Positions 51,475 through 61,113 of a DNA stretch of 64,000 bases are shown piece by piece (the first letter of the stretch is position 1; each line of letters begins with the position of its first letter). The translations under genes and the position numbers were made by a program. The DNA comes from Pseudomonadota bacterium. GTDB taxonomy: Bacteria; Pseudomonadota; Alphaproteobacteria; Rhizobiales; MH13. Under the pieces are notes generated by a model. The model was not told the DNA's origin and did not search any database. It saw only the letters and a list, made by a program, of their open reading frames with translations. Location: positions 258,380 through 322,379 of the forward strand of contig JBCCAF010000004.1 of assembly GCA_039814945.1 (NCBI GenBank), in the 5' to 3' direction.

Positions 51475-52431
51475 TTAGTGCGCCAAATGATCGGCGACGC
51501 GATCAACATCATCGGGTGTGGCGACATTCATGATGGTCGCACCGTCAACCATGCGCTTGATCATGCCCGACAGCGCTTTGCCAGCGCCAATCTCAATGAA
51601 AGTGTCCACGCCATTGGCCGCCATCCACTCCACGCTTTCGCGCCAGCGCACACGGCCTGTCACCTGTTCCACCAGACGGGCGCGGATCGCATCGGGTTCA
51701 GTGATTGGGCTGGCAAGAACGTTTGCAACAACAGGTTTGACCGGTTGTTGGATCGCCGCGCTGGCCAGCGCACCGCGCATCACATCCGCGGCGGGCGCCA
51801 TGAGTGCGCAATGGAAGGGTGCGGACACTGGCAGAAGAATGGCGCGGCGGGCACCAGCTTCTTTGGCCAATTCAATCGCACGCTCCACAGCAGCTTTGCT
51901 GCCAGAAATCACCACCTGGCCCGGTGCATTGTCGTTGGCCGCCTGGCAGACATCACCAGGCTCCCCCATCTGGGCGGCTTTGGAAGCAATCTCTTCAACA
52001 GCGTCCAGATCGAGGTTGAGAACAGCGGCCATCGCGCCCTCGCCCACCGGCACGGCAGACTGCATAGCATCACCGCGTGTGCGCAGGAGCTTGGCAGCTG
52101 TTGGGATATCAAACGCGCCACCGGCAGCCAGCGCTGAGTATTCGCCCAGCGAGTGCCCCGCCAGATAGTCAGCGTGCTTTGCGACGGTGACGCCTTTGGA
52201 TGCCAGCGCTTTGGTTGCCGCCAACGAAACAGCCATCAAGGCAGGCTGGGTGTTGGCTGTCAGGGTCAGTTGATCTTCCGGCCCCTCGAACATCAGTGTT
52301 GAAAGATCTTGGCCGAGGGCCGCATCAACATCCTGGAAAACAGCCCGCGCTTCGGCAAACCCATCAGCAAGCGCCTTGCCCATGCCAACGGCTTGACTGC
52401 CCTGGCCAGGAAAAAGAAAGGCTGTCGCCAT
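51475..52431 (-). CDS. fabD: Malonyl-CoA:ACP transacylase
   Basis: FPGQGSQ, GHSLGEY, SAPFHC. Confidence 0.96.
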   Translation of the reverse strand: MATAFLFPGQGSQAVGMGKALADGFAEARAVFQDVDAALGQDLSTLMFEGPEDQLTLTANTQPALMAVSLAATKALASKGVTVAKHADYLAGHSLGEYSALAAGGAFDIPTAAKLLRTRGDAMQSAVPVGEGAMAAVLNLDLDAVEEIASKAAQMGEPGDVCQAANDNAPGQVVISGSKAAVERAIELAKEAGARRAILLPVSAPFHCALMAPAADVMRGALASAAIQQPVKPVVANVLASPITEPDAIRARLVEQVTGRVRWRESVEWMAANGVDTFIEIGAGKALSGMIKRMVDGATIMNVATPDDVDRVADHLAH

Positions 52432-52748
52432 AGGTCGTCGTCCTTGCATTATCGATGTGCGGATAAGTCGAGCCGCACCGTTTGGCCGCTTAGGGCCTGT
52501 AGGTCAAGATGTGGGAGACTTGTCTCTCTTTGCAAACTGGCGTATGTCCTGCCGGTCTTTCACGATGAAAGGCTCCGGCCGGGGGTTGAACGGAAGGTCA
52601 GTGTAAGCTGGCAGATGGTGGAAGAACCATCGGCTTCCCGTGTTCCCGCTCTCGAACTTTTCTTGCCACGCTCCTCTCCCGATTGGGATGGATCATTGGT
52701 TTGAAGAGGCTTTGCGCCGGATGATCCAATGTTTGAGGAGTTTAGTGC

Positions 52749-53180
52749 ATGGCACTTTACGAACATGTGTTCCTCGCCCGCCAGGATGTGTCGCAGCAAC
52801 AGGTCGACGCTCTTGTGGAACAGTACACCGGGCTGATCACTGAAATGGGCGGCTCTGTCGCCAAGAACGAATATTGGGGCATGAAAAGCCTCTCGTTCCG
52901 CATCAAAAAGAACCGCAAGGCGCATTACACACTGATGAACATCGACGCTCCGTCCGATGCTGTCAGCGAAATGGAACGCCAGATGGGCATCAACGAAGAT
53001 GTGCTGCGCTTCATGACCATCCGCGTGGATGCGTTTGAAGAAGGCCCTTCGGCCATGATGCGCAAATCCGACCGTGATGACCGTCGTCCTGGTGGTCGTG
53101 GTGACCGTCCTGATCGTGGCGAGCGCCGCCCGCGTCGTGACGAGGAATCCAAACCTGCTAGCGAAGAGGAGAAATCCTAA
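52749..53180 (+). CDS. rpsF: 30S ribosomal protein S6
   Basis: [31 protein letters not shown]; GAGGAG SD. Confidence 0.97.
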   Translation: MALYEHVFLARQDVSQQQVDALVEQYTGLITEMGGSVAKNEYWGMKSLSFRIKKNRKAHYTLMNIDAPSDAVSEMERQMGINEDVLRFMTIRVDAFEEGPSAMMRKSDRDDRRPGGRGDRPDRGERRPRRDEESKPASEEEKS

Positions 53181-53416
53181 TGGCTGCTCCAGCACGTCGT
53201 CCGTTTTTCCGCCGTCGCAAAACCTGCCCGTTCTCTGGCGATAACGCGCCGAAGATTGATTACAAAGATGTGCGCTTGATGCAGCGCTACATTTCTGAGC
53301 GCGGCAAGATCGTTCCTTCGCGTATCACCGCCGTTTCGGCGAAGAAGCAACGTGAACTGGCCAAGGCCATCAAACGCGCACGCTTCCTGGGCCTTCTGCC
53401 CTACGTCGTGAAATAA
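53180..53416 (+). CDS. rpsR: 30S ribosomal protein S18
   Basis: [39 protein letters not shown]. Confidence 0.97.
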   Translation: MAAPARRPFFRRRKTCPFSGDNAPKIDYKDVRLMQRYISERGKIVPSRITAVSAKKQRELAKAIKRARFLGLLPYVVK

Positions 53417-53435
53417 GCGACATACACCCCATGCT

Positions 53436-53457
53436 GGTGGCGCGGTGACGCGCCACC
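53436..53457 (+). other. GNRA-tetraloop stem-loop after rpsR
   Basis: GGTGGCGCG-GTGA-CGCGCCACC, perfect 9-bp stem, no U-tract. Confidence 0.6.
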
Positions 53458-53598
53458 TAACCGCCCCTTCAACCACAGGGTCGCGGGACAGCAAGCAGGA
53501 TGAAGACCCCTGCGTTTCGTGACGGCCAGTCCTTTTAGGGACCCAAACGCCGCACACGCTGCTCCATCGCGATCCGCACCATATAAGGATCCACTTCG

Positions 53599-54240
53599 AT
53601 GGACGTTATTCTTCTTGAGCGCGTGGCCAAGCTTGGCCAGATGGGCGAAACCGTCAAAGTCAAAGACGGTTATGCCCGCAACTTCCTGCTGCCGCAGGGC
53701 AAAGCGCTGCGTGCCAACAAAGCCAACCTTGCCAAGTTTGAAGCTGAGCGCGCTCAGCTGGAAGCCCGCAACCTTGAGCGCAAGAGCGAAGCTGAAGGCG
53801 TTTCAACCACGCTGGACGGCGCAACCTACGTCATCATCCGCTCGGCTGGTGAAACCGGCCAGCTCTACGGTTCTGTGGCCGCCCGTGACATTGCTGAGGC
53901 AGCAACCGCTGAAGGCGTGAGCGTTTCGCGCTCCCAGGTTCGCTTGGAACGCCCGATTAAGAGCATCGGTCTGCATCCGGTCATCATTCAGCTCCACCCA
54001 GAAGTGGAAGTTTCGGTGACGATGAACGTTGCCCGCTCTGAAGACGAAGCTGAACGTCAGGCAGCCGGTGAAGACCTCACCGTGCAGGACTTTGACGGCT
54101 TTGAGTTTGAAGAAGAGGTCGATGAAGACGCGCCAGACGCCGATGACATCTTTGAGGTCGCACCTGAAGATGATGAGCTGGCAGGCGATGATGCCGGTGA
54201 TTCAGCTGAAAATGACACGGATGACGAGTTGAATACATAG
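53599..54240 (+). CDS. rplI: 50S ribosomal protein L9 with acidic tail
   Basis: [33 protein letters not shown]. Confidence 0.97.
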   Translation: MDVILLERVAKLGQMGETVKVKDGYARNFLLPQGKALRANKANLAKFEAERAQLEARNLERKSEAEGVSTTLDGATYVIIRSAGETGQLYGSVAARDIAEAATAEGVSVSRSQVRLERPIKSIGLHPVIIQLHPEVEVSVTMNVARSEDEAERQAAGEDLTVQDFDGFEFEEEVDEDAPDADDIFEVAPEDDELAGDDAGDSAENDTDDELNT

Positions 54241-54259
54241 TACACAACTCAAACGTGCA

Positions 54260-54288
54260 AGAAAGCCAGGCCAAAACCCTGGCTTTCT
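54260..54288 (+). terminator. Probable terminator hairpin of the rpsF-rpsR-rplI operon
   Basis: 11-bp IR AGAAAGCCAGG/CCTGGCTTTCT. Confidence 0.65.
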
Positions 54289-54339
54289 ACTGCTCTACCT
54301 AAAAATACCTGCCAACTTCCTTACGGTGAATACTTAACT

Positions 54340-54356
54340 TTCACGTCACGTTAACC
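54340..54356 (+). promoter_or_regulatory. Candidate CtrA box upstream of the chemoreceptor gene
   Basis: TTCA-N7-TTAACC, one mismatch to TTAA-N7-TTAAC; extra TTAAC half-site at 54334. Confidence 0.45.
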
Positions 54357-54415
54357 AGAAACCTCATATTTTTTGGAGTGCAGGGCCGTGTGCCCTGCCT
54401 TTCCGGAGGTTTTTC

Positions 54416-56590
54416 ATGTTCAATAACGTACCCATTTCCACTAAACTGGCGGGTGGAATTGTTGCCCTGTCGACATTCGGGTTGGTGTCAGGTGTCGTTG
54501 GCGTCGTCATGCTCAATGGCATTGAAGATAAAATAAACCAGATCACCGACTACGCAGCGCCGGTGGTCGAAACCACCGATGATCTGATTTACGCCGTTGC
54601 GGAATCGCACAAGGTCGCTGTCGAGATTCTCGCCGATGAAGATGTGTCGGATATCCAGTTGCGTTTGGGCGAATTTCAGACCGCTGTTGCCAGCTTTGAT
54701 ACGAACTACGAAACGCTCGACCATTTGCTGGTAGAAGCGGACATGCAAACCCTTCTGGAGAATGCCGCAGCCACCCGCCAACTTTACCTAGAGACTGTTG
54801 GATTGATGGTCGATCAGCACTCGCTGGAACTGGCCGAGGAAGCCGAAGCACGCCTTTTGGCGGATCGCTTTGATGAAGCCGGCGATGGCTTGCTTAGTCA
54901 GCTTGAAGGCCTTGCGGTCGCCAACGAGGCCGAGATGCAGCGCGCCGAGGACCAAGGTGACAGGCTGGTTGCTTCGGGAAGCGCCACGGCAGGGCAAGTG
55001 AACGATTTGCTTGGGCTGGTGTTTGAGCAGGACTATCCAGCCGTTGAAGCAGCTAAGAACATCCAAATCCGTGTTGAGCAACTTGAAGGGATCGCTACAC
55101 GCTACCTGTCAGTTGAGAATCCAGATGCACTGGAGCCACTGCGCCAGGAGTTTATTGCTGTGGCGCAAGGCGCTGCACCGGCTTTTGACATATTGGAAAC
55201 TCTCGCAGAAACTGAAGCTAACAGGGCCGAAGTCGATCAAATTCGCAGCCTCTTCAACAATTGGGTGGCGCGGGCGCTAGAACCAGAGCAGGTTTTTGAC
55301 ACTCACAATGACATGATCTTAGCCGAAGCACAGGCCGACATATCCGCTGAACAAATGGATGATTTGGCCGACGCTTTGATTGCTGAACTCAATCTGATTG
55401 CCTCACGCGGTGATGCGATCTCCTCCAGCATGGATGAACGGGCAGCAGAGCAAGTGCATTCCGCCACTTTGGTCGTTGGTGCGCTCTCTGCGATGATCCT
55501 TGCCTTCTCCGTGGTGCTCTTCATCATCATTCGCCAAACGATCACTGCGCCGCTGGTTCGGATGATCAGTGCGATGAATGGGCTTGCAAAAGGTGACCTT
55601 TCTATCGAGGTGGATGAAAGCCTGCGTCGCGATGAGATTGGCCAGCTGAACAAGGCCTTTGGATTTTTCCGCCTTCAATTGGAAGAAAACAAAGCGTTGG
55701 AGCGTGAGCAGGAGGCAGCGAAGGCTCGTGCGGAAGCTGATCGCAAAGCCACGCTTGCTGGCTTTGTTGACCAGTTTGAAACCGCAGTTGGCTCGGTGGT
55801 CGATTCTGTCTCCGACGCCTCACAAAGCCTGCAAGGCTCTGCCAACACTATGACGTCATTGGCTGAGCAGACCAGCGAACGTTCGGTGCGCGTGGCCCAC
55901 GCCTCTGAGGAAGCGTCCAACAACGTGCAAACAGTGGCATCGGCGGCTGAAGAGATTTCAGCGTCCGTCTCCGAGATTGGGCGTCAAGCAAGCGATTCCT
56001 CCGATCGCGCAAGCGCTGCTGAGCGTGAAGCGGAACAAACCATGGAGAAGGTTCGTACGCTCTCACACGCGGCCCAGAGCATCGGTGATGTGGTCACGTT
56101 GATCAAAGAGATCGCCGAGCAAACCAACTTGCTGGCGCTCAATGCGACCATCGAAGCGGCACGCGCGGGTGAAGCTGGCAAAGGGTTTGCAGTTGTGGCC
56201 AGTGAGGTGAAAAGCCTTGCTGAACAAACAGCCAAGGCGACTGCTGATATCTCCGAACAAGTGGGCGATATCCAGGATGCCACCGAGTCTTCGGCCGTTG
56301 CCATTGCCGGGATCAGTGAAACGATCCAGGGGCTGAGCGTTATCTCCACATCCATTGCCGCGGCCGTTGAAGAACAGTCTTTTGCTGTTCAGGAGATCGC
56401 CAGCAATGTGAGTATGGCCGCACAGGGCACAACCGATGTAACGACCAACATTGAAACGGTCAGTGCATCAGCCGGTGAGTCGCAAGAATCAGCCAAAAAC
56501 GTTCTTGGTGCTGCCAGCCAGTTGGCTGACCAAGCCGATGCATTGAAGCGCGAAGTATCAACGTTTGTAGAGAATGTGCGCGCCGCATAG
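54416..56590 (+). CDS. Methyl-accepting chemotaxis protein (TM-helical sensor-TM-HAMP-MCP signal)
   Basis: Two TMs, HAMP (RRDEIGQL), [37 protein letters not shown]. Confidence 0.96.
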   Translation: MFNNVPISTKLAGGIVALSTFGLVSGVVGVVMLNGIEDKINQITDYAAPVVETTDDLIYAVAESHKVAVEILADEDVSDIQLRLGEFQTAVASFDTNYETLDHLLVEADMQTLLENAAATRQLYLETVGLMVDQHSLELAEEAEARLLADRFDEAGDGLLSQLEGLAVANEAEMQRAEDQGDRLVASGSATAGQVNDLLGLVFEQDYPAVEAAKNIQIRVEQLEGIATRYLSVENPDALEPLRQEFIAVAQGAAPAFDILETLAETEANRAEVDQIRSLFNNWVARALEPEQVFDTHNDMILAEAQADISAEQMDDLADALIAELNLIASRGDAISSSMDERAAEQVHSATLVVGALSAMILAFSVVLFIIIRQTITAPLVRMISAMNGLAKGDLSIEVDESLRRDEIGQLNKAFGFFRLQLEENKALEREQEAAKARAEADRKATLAGFVDQFETAVGSVVDSVSDASQSLQGSANTMTSLAEQTSERSVRVAHASEEASNNVQTVASAAEEISASVSEIGRQASDSSDRASAAEREAEQTMEKVRTLSHAAQSIGDVVTLIKEIAEQTNLLALNATIEAARAGEAGKGFAVVASEVKSLAEQTAKATADISEQVGDIQDATESSAVAIAGISETIQGLSVISTSIAAAVEEQSFAVQEIASNVSMAAQGTTDVTTNIETVSASAGESQESAKNVLGAASQLADQADALKREVSTFVENVRAA

Positions 56591-56633
56591 GGCGGTCTAT
56601 CCACACCCATCCCCAATCCCCACAGGATGAATC

Positions 56634-56663
56634 AAGCGCCGGGTACGCCCGGCGCTTTTTTTT
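56634..56663 (+). terminator. Intrinsic terminator after the MCP gene
   Basis: AAGCGCCGGG-TACG-CCCGGCGCTT followed by a T-run. Confidence 0.88.
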
Positions 56664-56737
56664 ATCGCTCTGGCACGTGGGCCACACAAGAGCAGCAGAC
56701 TCAGCTATGGTGAGCGCCTGACGACATTGAGGCCCCT

Positions 56738-58231
56738 ATGAATGACTTAGCCCCCCTGGCCCCCTCGGCTATGAAAGGCGCAGAAGCGCTGCGCTCGGCA
56801 CCCCATAACGCCGAAGCTGAAGCAGGCCTTTTGGGCGCTATCTTGGTGAACAATGAAGCGTACTATCGCGTCGTTGATTTTCTTGAACCGCACCACTTTT
56901 ATCTCGCGCCGCACCAAAAGCTCTTTGCCACGATTTCTGAGCTGATCCGCGGCGGCAAAGTTGCCACCCCCATCACCGTGAAGACCTATTTCACCGAGGC
57001 CGAAACCATCGGTGAGATGAGTGTGCCGGCCTACCTGCTACGCCTGCACGCCGATGCCACCAGCATCATCAACGTGGTCGATTATGCCGGGATGGTTTAC
57101 GAGTTGGCGCTACGCCGCATGTTGATTGGCATTGGCGAGGACATGGTCAATGTTGCCTATGATGCGACGGTGGACACGTCGGCTGACGCGCAGATTGAGA
57201 CGGCGGAAAAGCAGCTTTTCTCACTGGCTGAAAAGGGCCGCGCCGAGCAGGGCTTCATCGGCTTTGACAACGCGTTGGAGCAGGCCATTCATCTGGCAAC
57301 CGCCGCCTATCAGCGCGATGGTCACCTGTCTGGCCTGCCGAGCTATTTTAACAATCTTGATGGGCGGATGGGTGGCCTTCAGCGCTCTGACCTCATCATC
57401 CTTGCGGGTCGTCCAGCGATGGGCAAAACCTCGCTGGCCACCAACATCGCCTACAATGTCGCCAAGCATTGGCGTGGCGGTGTCGGCCCCAACAATGAGG
57501 TTGAAACCGAGGCCGGTGGCATTGTCGGTTTCTTCTCTTTGGAGATGTCATCGGAGCAGTTGGCCACGCGTATTTTGGCTGAGCAGTCGGGCGTCTCGTC
57601 CTCACGCATCCGTCGCGGCGACATCAAGGCCAATGAGTTTGAACAGGTGGTGATGGCAAGCCAGGAGATGCACTCCATCCCGCTTTACATTGATCAGACC
57701 GGTGGCCTGTCGGTGGGCCAGTTGGCCGCCCGTGCACGCCGATTGAAGCGGCAAAAGGGACTTGATCTTCTGATTCTGGATTACCTGCAATTGCTGACCG
57801 GTTCGTCGCGTCGCTCCAGCGAAAATCGCGTCCAAGAAATTACTGAAATTACCACTGGTCTCAAGGCGTTAGCGAAAGAACTGGATGTTCCGATTCTGGC
57901 TCTATCTCAGCTATCACGTCAAGTCGAAGCGCGTGAAGATAAGCGCCCGCAACTCTCTGATCTGCGTGAATCAGGATCCATTGAGCAGGACGCCGATGTG
58001 GTGCTGTTTGTGTATCGCGAGGAGTACTATCTGCAGAGCAAGGAACCTAAGCCGAACACCGAGGAGCACCTTGCCTGGCAGGAGGAAATGGATCGTGTGC
58101 ATGGCTTGGCCGAGGTGATCATCGGCAAGCAGCGTCACGGCCCAACGGGTACGGCCAAGCTGACCTTCGAGGCGGAGCTGACGCGCTTTGGCGACTACAT
58201 TGAAGATGATCATGTGCCCGATCATTTCTGA
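56738..58231 (+). CDS. dnaB: Replicative DNA helicase
   Basis: PHNAEAE, LAGRPAMGKTS, FFSLEMS, DYLQL, LSQLSR, DLRESGSIEQDAD, KQRHGPTG. Confidence 0.97.
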   Translation: MNDLAPLAPSAMKGAEALRSAPHNAEAEAGLLGAILVNNEAYYRVVDFLEPHHFYLAPHQKLFATISELIRGGKVATPITVKTYFTEAETIGEMSVPAYLLRLHADATSIINVVDYAGMVYELALRRMLIGIGEDMVNVAYDATVDTSADAQIETAEKQLFSLAEKGRAEQGFIGFDNALEQAIHLATAAYQRDGHLSGLPSYFNNLDGRMGGLQRSDLIILAGRPAMGKTSLATNIAYNVAKHWRGGVGPNNEVETEAGGIVGFFSLEMSSEQLATRILAEQSGVSSSRIRRGDIKANEFEQVVMASQEMHSIPLYIDQTGGLSVGQLAARARRLKRQKGLDLLILDYLQLLTGSSRRSSENRVQEITEITTGLKALAKELDVPILALSQLSRQVEAREDKRPQLSDLRESGSIEQDADVVLFVYREEYYLQSKEPKPNTEEHLAWQEEMDRVHGLAEVIIGKQRHGPTGTAKLTFEAELTRFGDYIEDDHVPDHF

Positions 58232-58246
58232 TCTGGAGATCAGCAT

Positions 58247-59338
58247 ATGAGCGCTGATCACAGCGGCGGACGCCTGACGGTCAATCTTGGCGCGCTGGTC
58301 GACAATTGGCGGATGTTGGCTGAGCTTGCGAGCCCTGGCGAATGTGCAGGCGTGGTGAAGGGCAATGCCTATGGGCTTGGCCTCGAGCCGGTATCGCGCG
58401 CGCTTTGGAAGGCGGGGTGCCGAACCTTTTTCGTGGCACTGCCGCAGGAAGCGTTTGAACTGCGAACCTACCTGCCAGAGGCCGCGATTTATTGCCTTGG
58501 CGGGCTAACGCCAACCGGTGCAGTTGACTTTGCCGGCCGTGCGGTGCGCCCTGTTCTCAACACCATGGATGAAGTGCACGAGTGGGCCGTTCTGGAGGGT
58601 GACCATCAAGCCGCGCTGCACATCGATACCGGCATGACACGGCTCGGCCTAACGATGGAGGAAGCCAAAGCGCTGGCTGCTGACACTGCTCTGCTCGAAC
58701 GGCTGAACCTCGGCCATGTGATGAGCCATCTTGCCTGCGCCGACACGCCTGATCATCCGCTCAACGATGCACAGATTGCCAGTTTTGCGCAGGTGCGCGC
58801 GCTCTTCCCAGGCTTGCCCGGATCGCTGGCCAATTCCGCCGGCACGCTGCAAAGCGAACGATTTCGGTATGACCTCGCCCGCCCCGGTATCGCGCTTTAT
58901 GGCGGCCAGTCGGTTGTTCCCGCACAGGTGGATTTGCACCCGGTCATCACGCTAGAAGCGCGCATCATGCAAATACGGCCCGCCAAGGTCGGCGATGTCG
59001 TTGGCTACGGCGCGACGAAAACCCTTGAGCGCGACAGCCGCATCGCGATTTTGGGCGTTGGCTATGCTGACGGCTACCACCGGCTTGTCGGCAATGATTC
59101 GGGCGCGCATGCCATGATCAACGATCAGCCCGCGCCGATGCTGGGCCGCGTGTCGATGGACCTCATGGCCGCTGACATCACCGAAGCGCATTTCGATGAC
59201 GTTCGCGCAGGCATGTTCGTGGAACTGATCAATTCGCAACTCACCGTCGATGTGGTTGCCGGGTGGGCGCGCACCATCGGCTATGAGGTGCTCACCGGCC
59301 TTGGCCCACGCTATGCCAGAACCTATCTCGGCGGCTAG
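58247..59338 (+). CDS. alr: Alanine racemase
   Basis: VVKGNAYG (PLP Lys), IDTGMTRLG, SHLACAD, RPGIALYG, GYADG, GRVSMD, TIGYEVL. Confidence 0.95.
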   Translation: MSADHSGGRLTVNLGALVDNWRMLAELASPGECAGVVKGNAYGLGLEPVSRALWKAGCRTFFVALPQEAFELRTYLPEAAIYCLGGLTPTGAVDFAGRAVRPVLNTMDEVHEWAVLEGDHQAALHIDTGMTRLGLTMEEAKALAADTALLERLNLGHVMSHLACADTPDHPLNDAQIASFAQVRALFPGLPGSLANSAGTLQSERFRYDLARPGIALYGGQSVVPAQVDLHPVITLEARIMQIRPAKVGDVVGYGATKTLERDSRIAILGVGYADGYHRLVGNDSGAHAMINDQPAPMLGRVSMDLMAADITEAHFDDVRAGMFVELINSQLTVDVVAGWARTIGYEVLTGLGPRYARTYLGG

Positions 59339-59349
59339 CCACGCAATTT

Positions 59350-59364
59350 GATCTTGTTTTGTTC
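59350..59364 (+). promoter_or_regulatory. Candidate alphaproteobacterial LexA (SOS) box upstream of radA
   Basis: GATC-TTGTTTT-GTTC, one mismatch to GTTC-N7-GTTC, 64 nt before the radA ATG. Confidence 0.5.
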
Positions 59365-59427
59365 TCATTGATGGGCTATGTCAAGCCAGCAGAGCAAACG
59401 CCTTTAAAAACATAAACCCGAGTGAGT

Positions 59428-60846
59428 ATGGCCAAGCGACGATCCACTTTCATTTGCCAGAACTGCGGCACCGAGCATCCGCGTTGGATTGGCAAATGCG
59501 ATGGCTGCGGCGCTTGGAATTCGCTGGTTGAAGAAAGCGCATCGGGCGGCGGCGGCGCCCTTGGTGGCCCAGCCAAAGGATCAGCCGTTAAAGGGCGTGC
59601 TGTTGGGCTTTCCTCGCTTGATCATGTCGAAGAACCCCTGCCCCGCCTGGCTTCTGGCATCACCGAGCTGGACCGCGTTACCGGTGGCGGCTTTGTGCGC
59701 GGATCAGCCCTTCTGGTGGGTGGTGATCCCGGCATCGGCAAATCCACGCTTTTGATGCAAGTGACGGCGGCGTTGGCGCAAAAAAACGCGCGCGTGATCT
59801 ACATTTCTGGCGAGGAAGCGCTGGGCCAAGTGCGGCTGCGCGCAGAGCGATTGGGTGTCAGTCAAGCACCGGTCGCCATCGCATCAGAAACCAATCTGGA
59901 AGACATTTTGGCCACTCTGGAAGACGGGCCTCAGCCCGATCTTGTGGTGCTTGATTCCATCCAAACGTTGTGGAGTGCCAGTGTGGACAGCGCACCGGGC
60001 ACGGTGACCCAGGTTCGCTCCTGCGCGCAGCAAGTCGTCCGCTACGCCAAACGCACTGGGGCCAGCGTTATTCTGGTGGGGCATGTCACCAAGGACGGTC
60101 AAATTGCCGGGCCGCGCGTGGTGGAACATATGGTCGATGCGGTGCTCTATTTTGAAGGCGACCGCACCCATCATTTCCGTGTGCTGCGCGGCGTGAAGAA
60201 CCGTTTTGGTGCGACGGACGAGATCGGCGTCTTTGAGATGACCGGCACCGGCCTTCAGGAAGTTCAAAACCCGTCAGAACTGTTTCTGGGCGACCGGCTG
60301 GTGGAAACGCCAGGATCGGTGGTGTTTGCGGGGCTTGAGGGCACACGGCCCATCCTGGTGGAAATCCAGGCTCTGGTAGCGCCCTCTTCGCTTGGTACGC
60401 CGCGCCGTGCCGTTGTGGGCTGGGATTCCAACAGGCTCGCGATGGTGCTCGCCGTCTTGGAAGCGCGTTGTGGCGTGCGGTTTTCCGGCCATGATGTTTA
60501 TTTGGCGGTGGCAGGAGGGCTGCGCCTCAACGAACCTGCTGCCGATTTGGCTGTGGCAGCAGCCTTGGTCGCTTCGCTTACCGGGCTCTCATTGCCCTCC
60601 AAGCAGGTCTATTTCGGCGAGATCGGTCTTTCTGGCGCCATTCGCTCAGCGCCTCAGGCAGTCTTGCGCATGAAAGAAGCCTCACGACTTGGCTTTGAAG
60701 AGGCGATCACGGCGCCGCTGGCTAAAGAACGTGATGCCAAAACGGGCCTGCGGCTCAATGCTCACACGCGACTGGAGTCTTTGGTGGCTGACCTCGCGGC
60801 TGCGGCGGCCTCGTCAGGAAATGCACTTCAACAGGCCGCGGAGTAG
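59428..60846 (+). CDS. radA: DNA repair protein RadA/Sms
   Basis: C4 zinc finger (CQNCG...CDGC), GDPGIGKSTLL, DSIQT, KNRFG, Lon-like C-terminal domain. Confidence 0.97.
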   Translation: MAKRRSTFICQNCGTEHPRWIGKCDGCGAWNSLVEESASGGGGALGGPAKGSAVKGRAVGLSSLDHVEEPLPRLASGITELDRVTGGGFVRGSALLVGGDPGIGKSTLLMQVTAALAQKNARVIYISGEEALGQVRLRAERLGVSQAPVAIASETNLEDILATLEDGPQPDLVVLDSIQTLWSASVDSAPGTVTQVRSCAQQVVRYAKRTGASVILVGHVTKDGQIAGPRVVEHMVDAVLYFEGDRTHHFRVLRGVKNRFGATDEIGVFEMTGTGLQEVQNPSELFLGDRLVETPGSVVFAGLEGTRPILVEIQALVAPSSLGTPRRAVVGWDSNRLAMVLAVLEARCGVRFSGHDVYLAVAGGLRLNEPAADLAVAAALVASLTGLSLPSKQVYFGEIGLSGAIRSAPQAVLRMKEASRLGFEEAITAPLAKERDAKTGLRLNAHTRLESLVADLAAAAASSGNALQQAAE

Positions 60847-61113
60847 GCCAACATCGCGACTTGGCTGCGCCTTGATCTGGCGCTTTGAAAGCCTCTGAAT
60901 GCGTTACTCGCGTAAAGTGAAGACCAAACTGATAGCCTGACCTTAGGTCATTTGGTTATTTGTGACGCCGCCGTGACGCTCTTGCACTTGAACGGCGTGC
61001 GGGATCGTGAAAAGGACGGTGCGGCTGTTGGCCTTCGCACCTTGGATTGCTTGAGCGTGCGTGAGGTTGCTCCCCCGTTTTTGCCGCGACCATCATTTAA
61101 GAGGCCTGATTCT

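Noticed and set aside
50488-52748. tRNA, sRNA or riboswitch in the long acpP-fabG and fabD-rpsF intergenic regions
   Set aside because: No cloverleaf, T-loop or recognisable aptamer consensus; these look like ordinary promoter regions.
47327-53195. Long antisense ORFs 47327-48499, 49637-50548 and 52560-53195
   Set aside because: They are reverse-frame shadows of mltG, fabF/acpP and rpsF.
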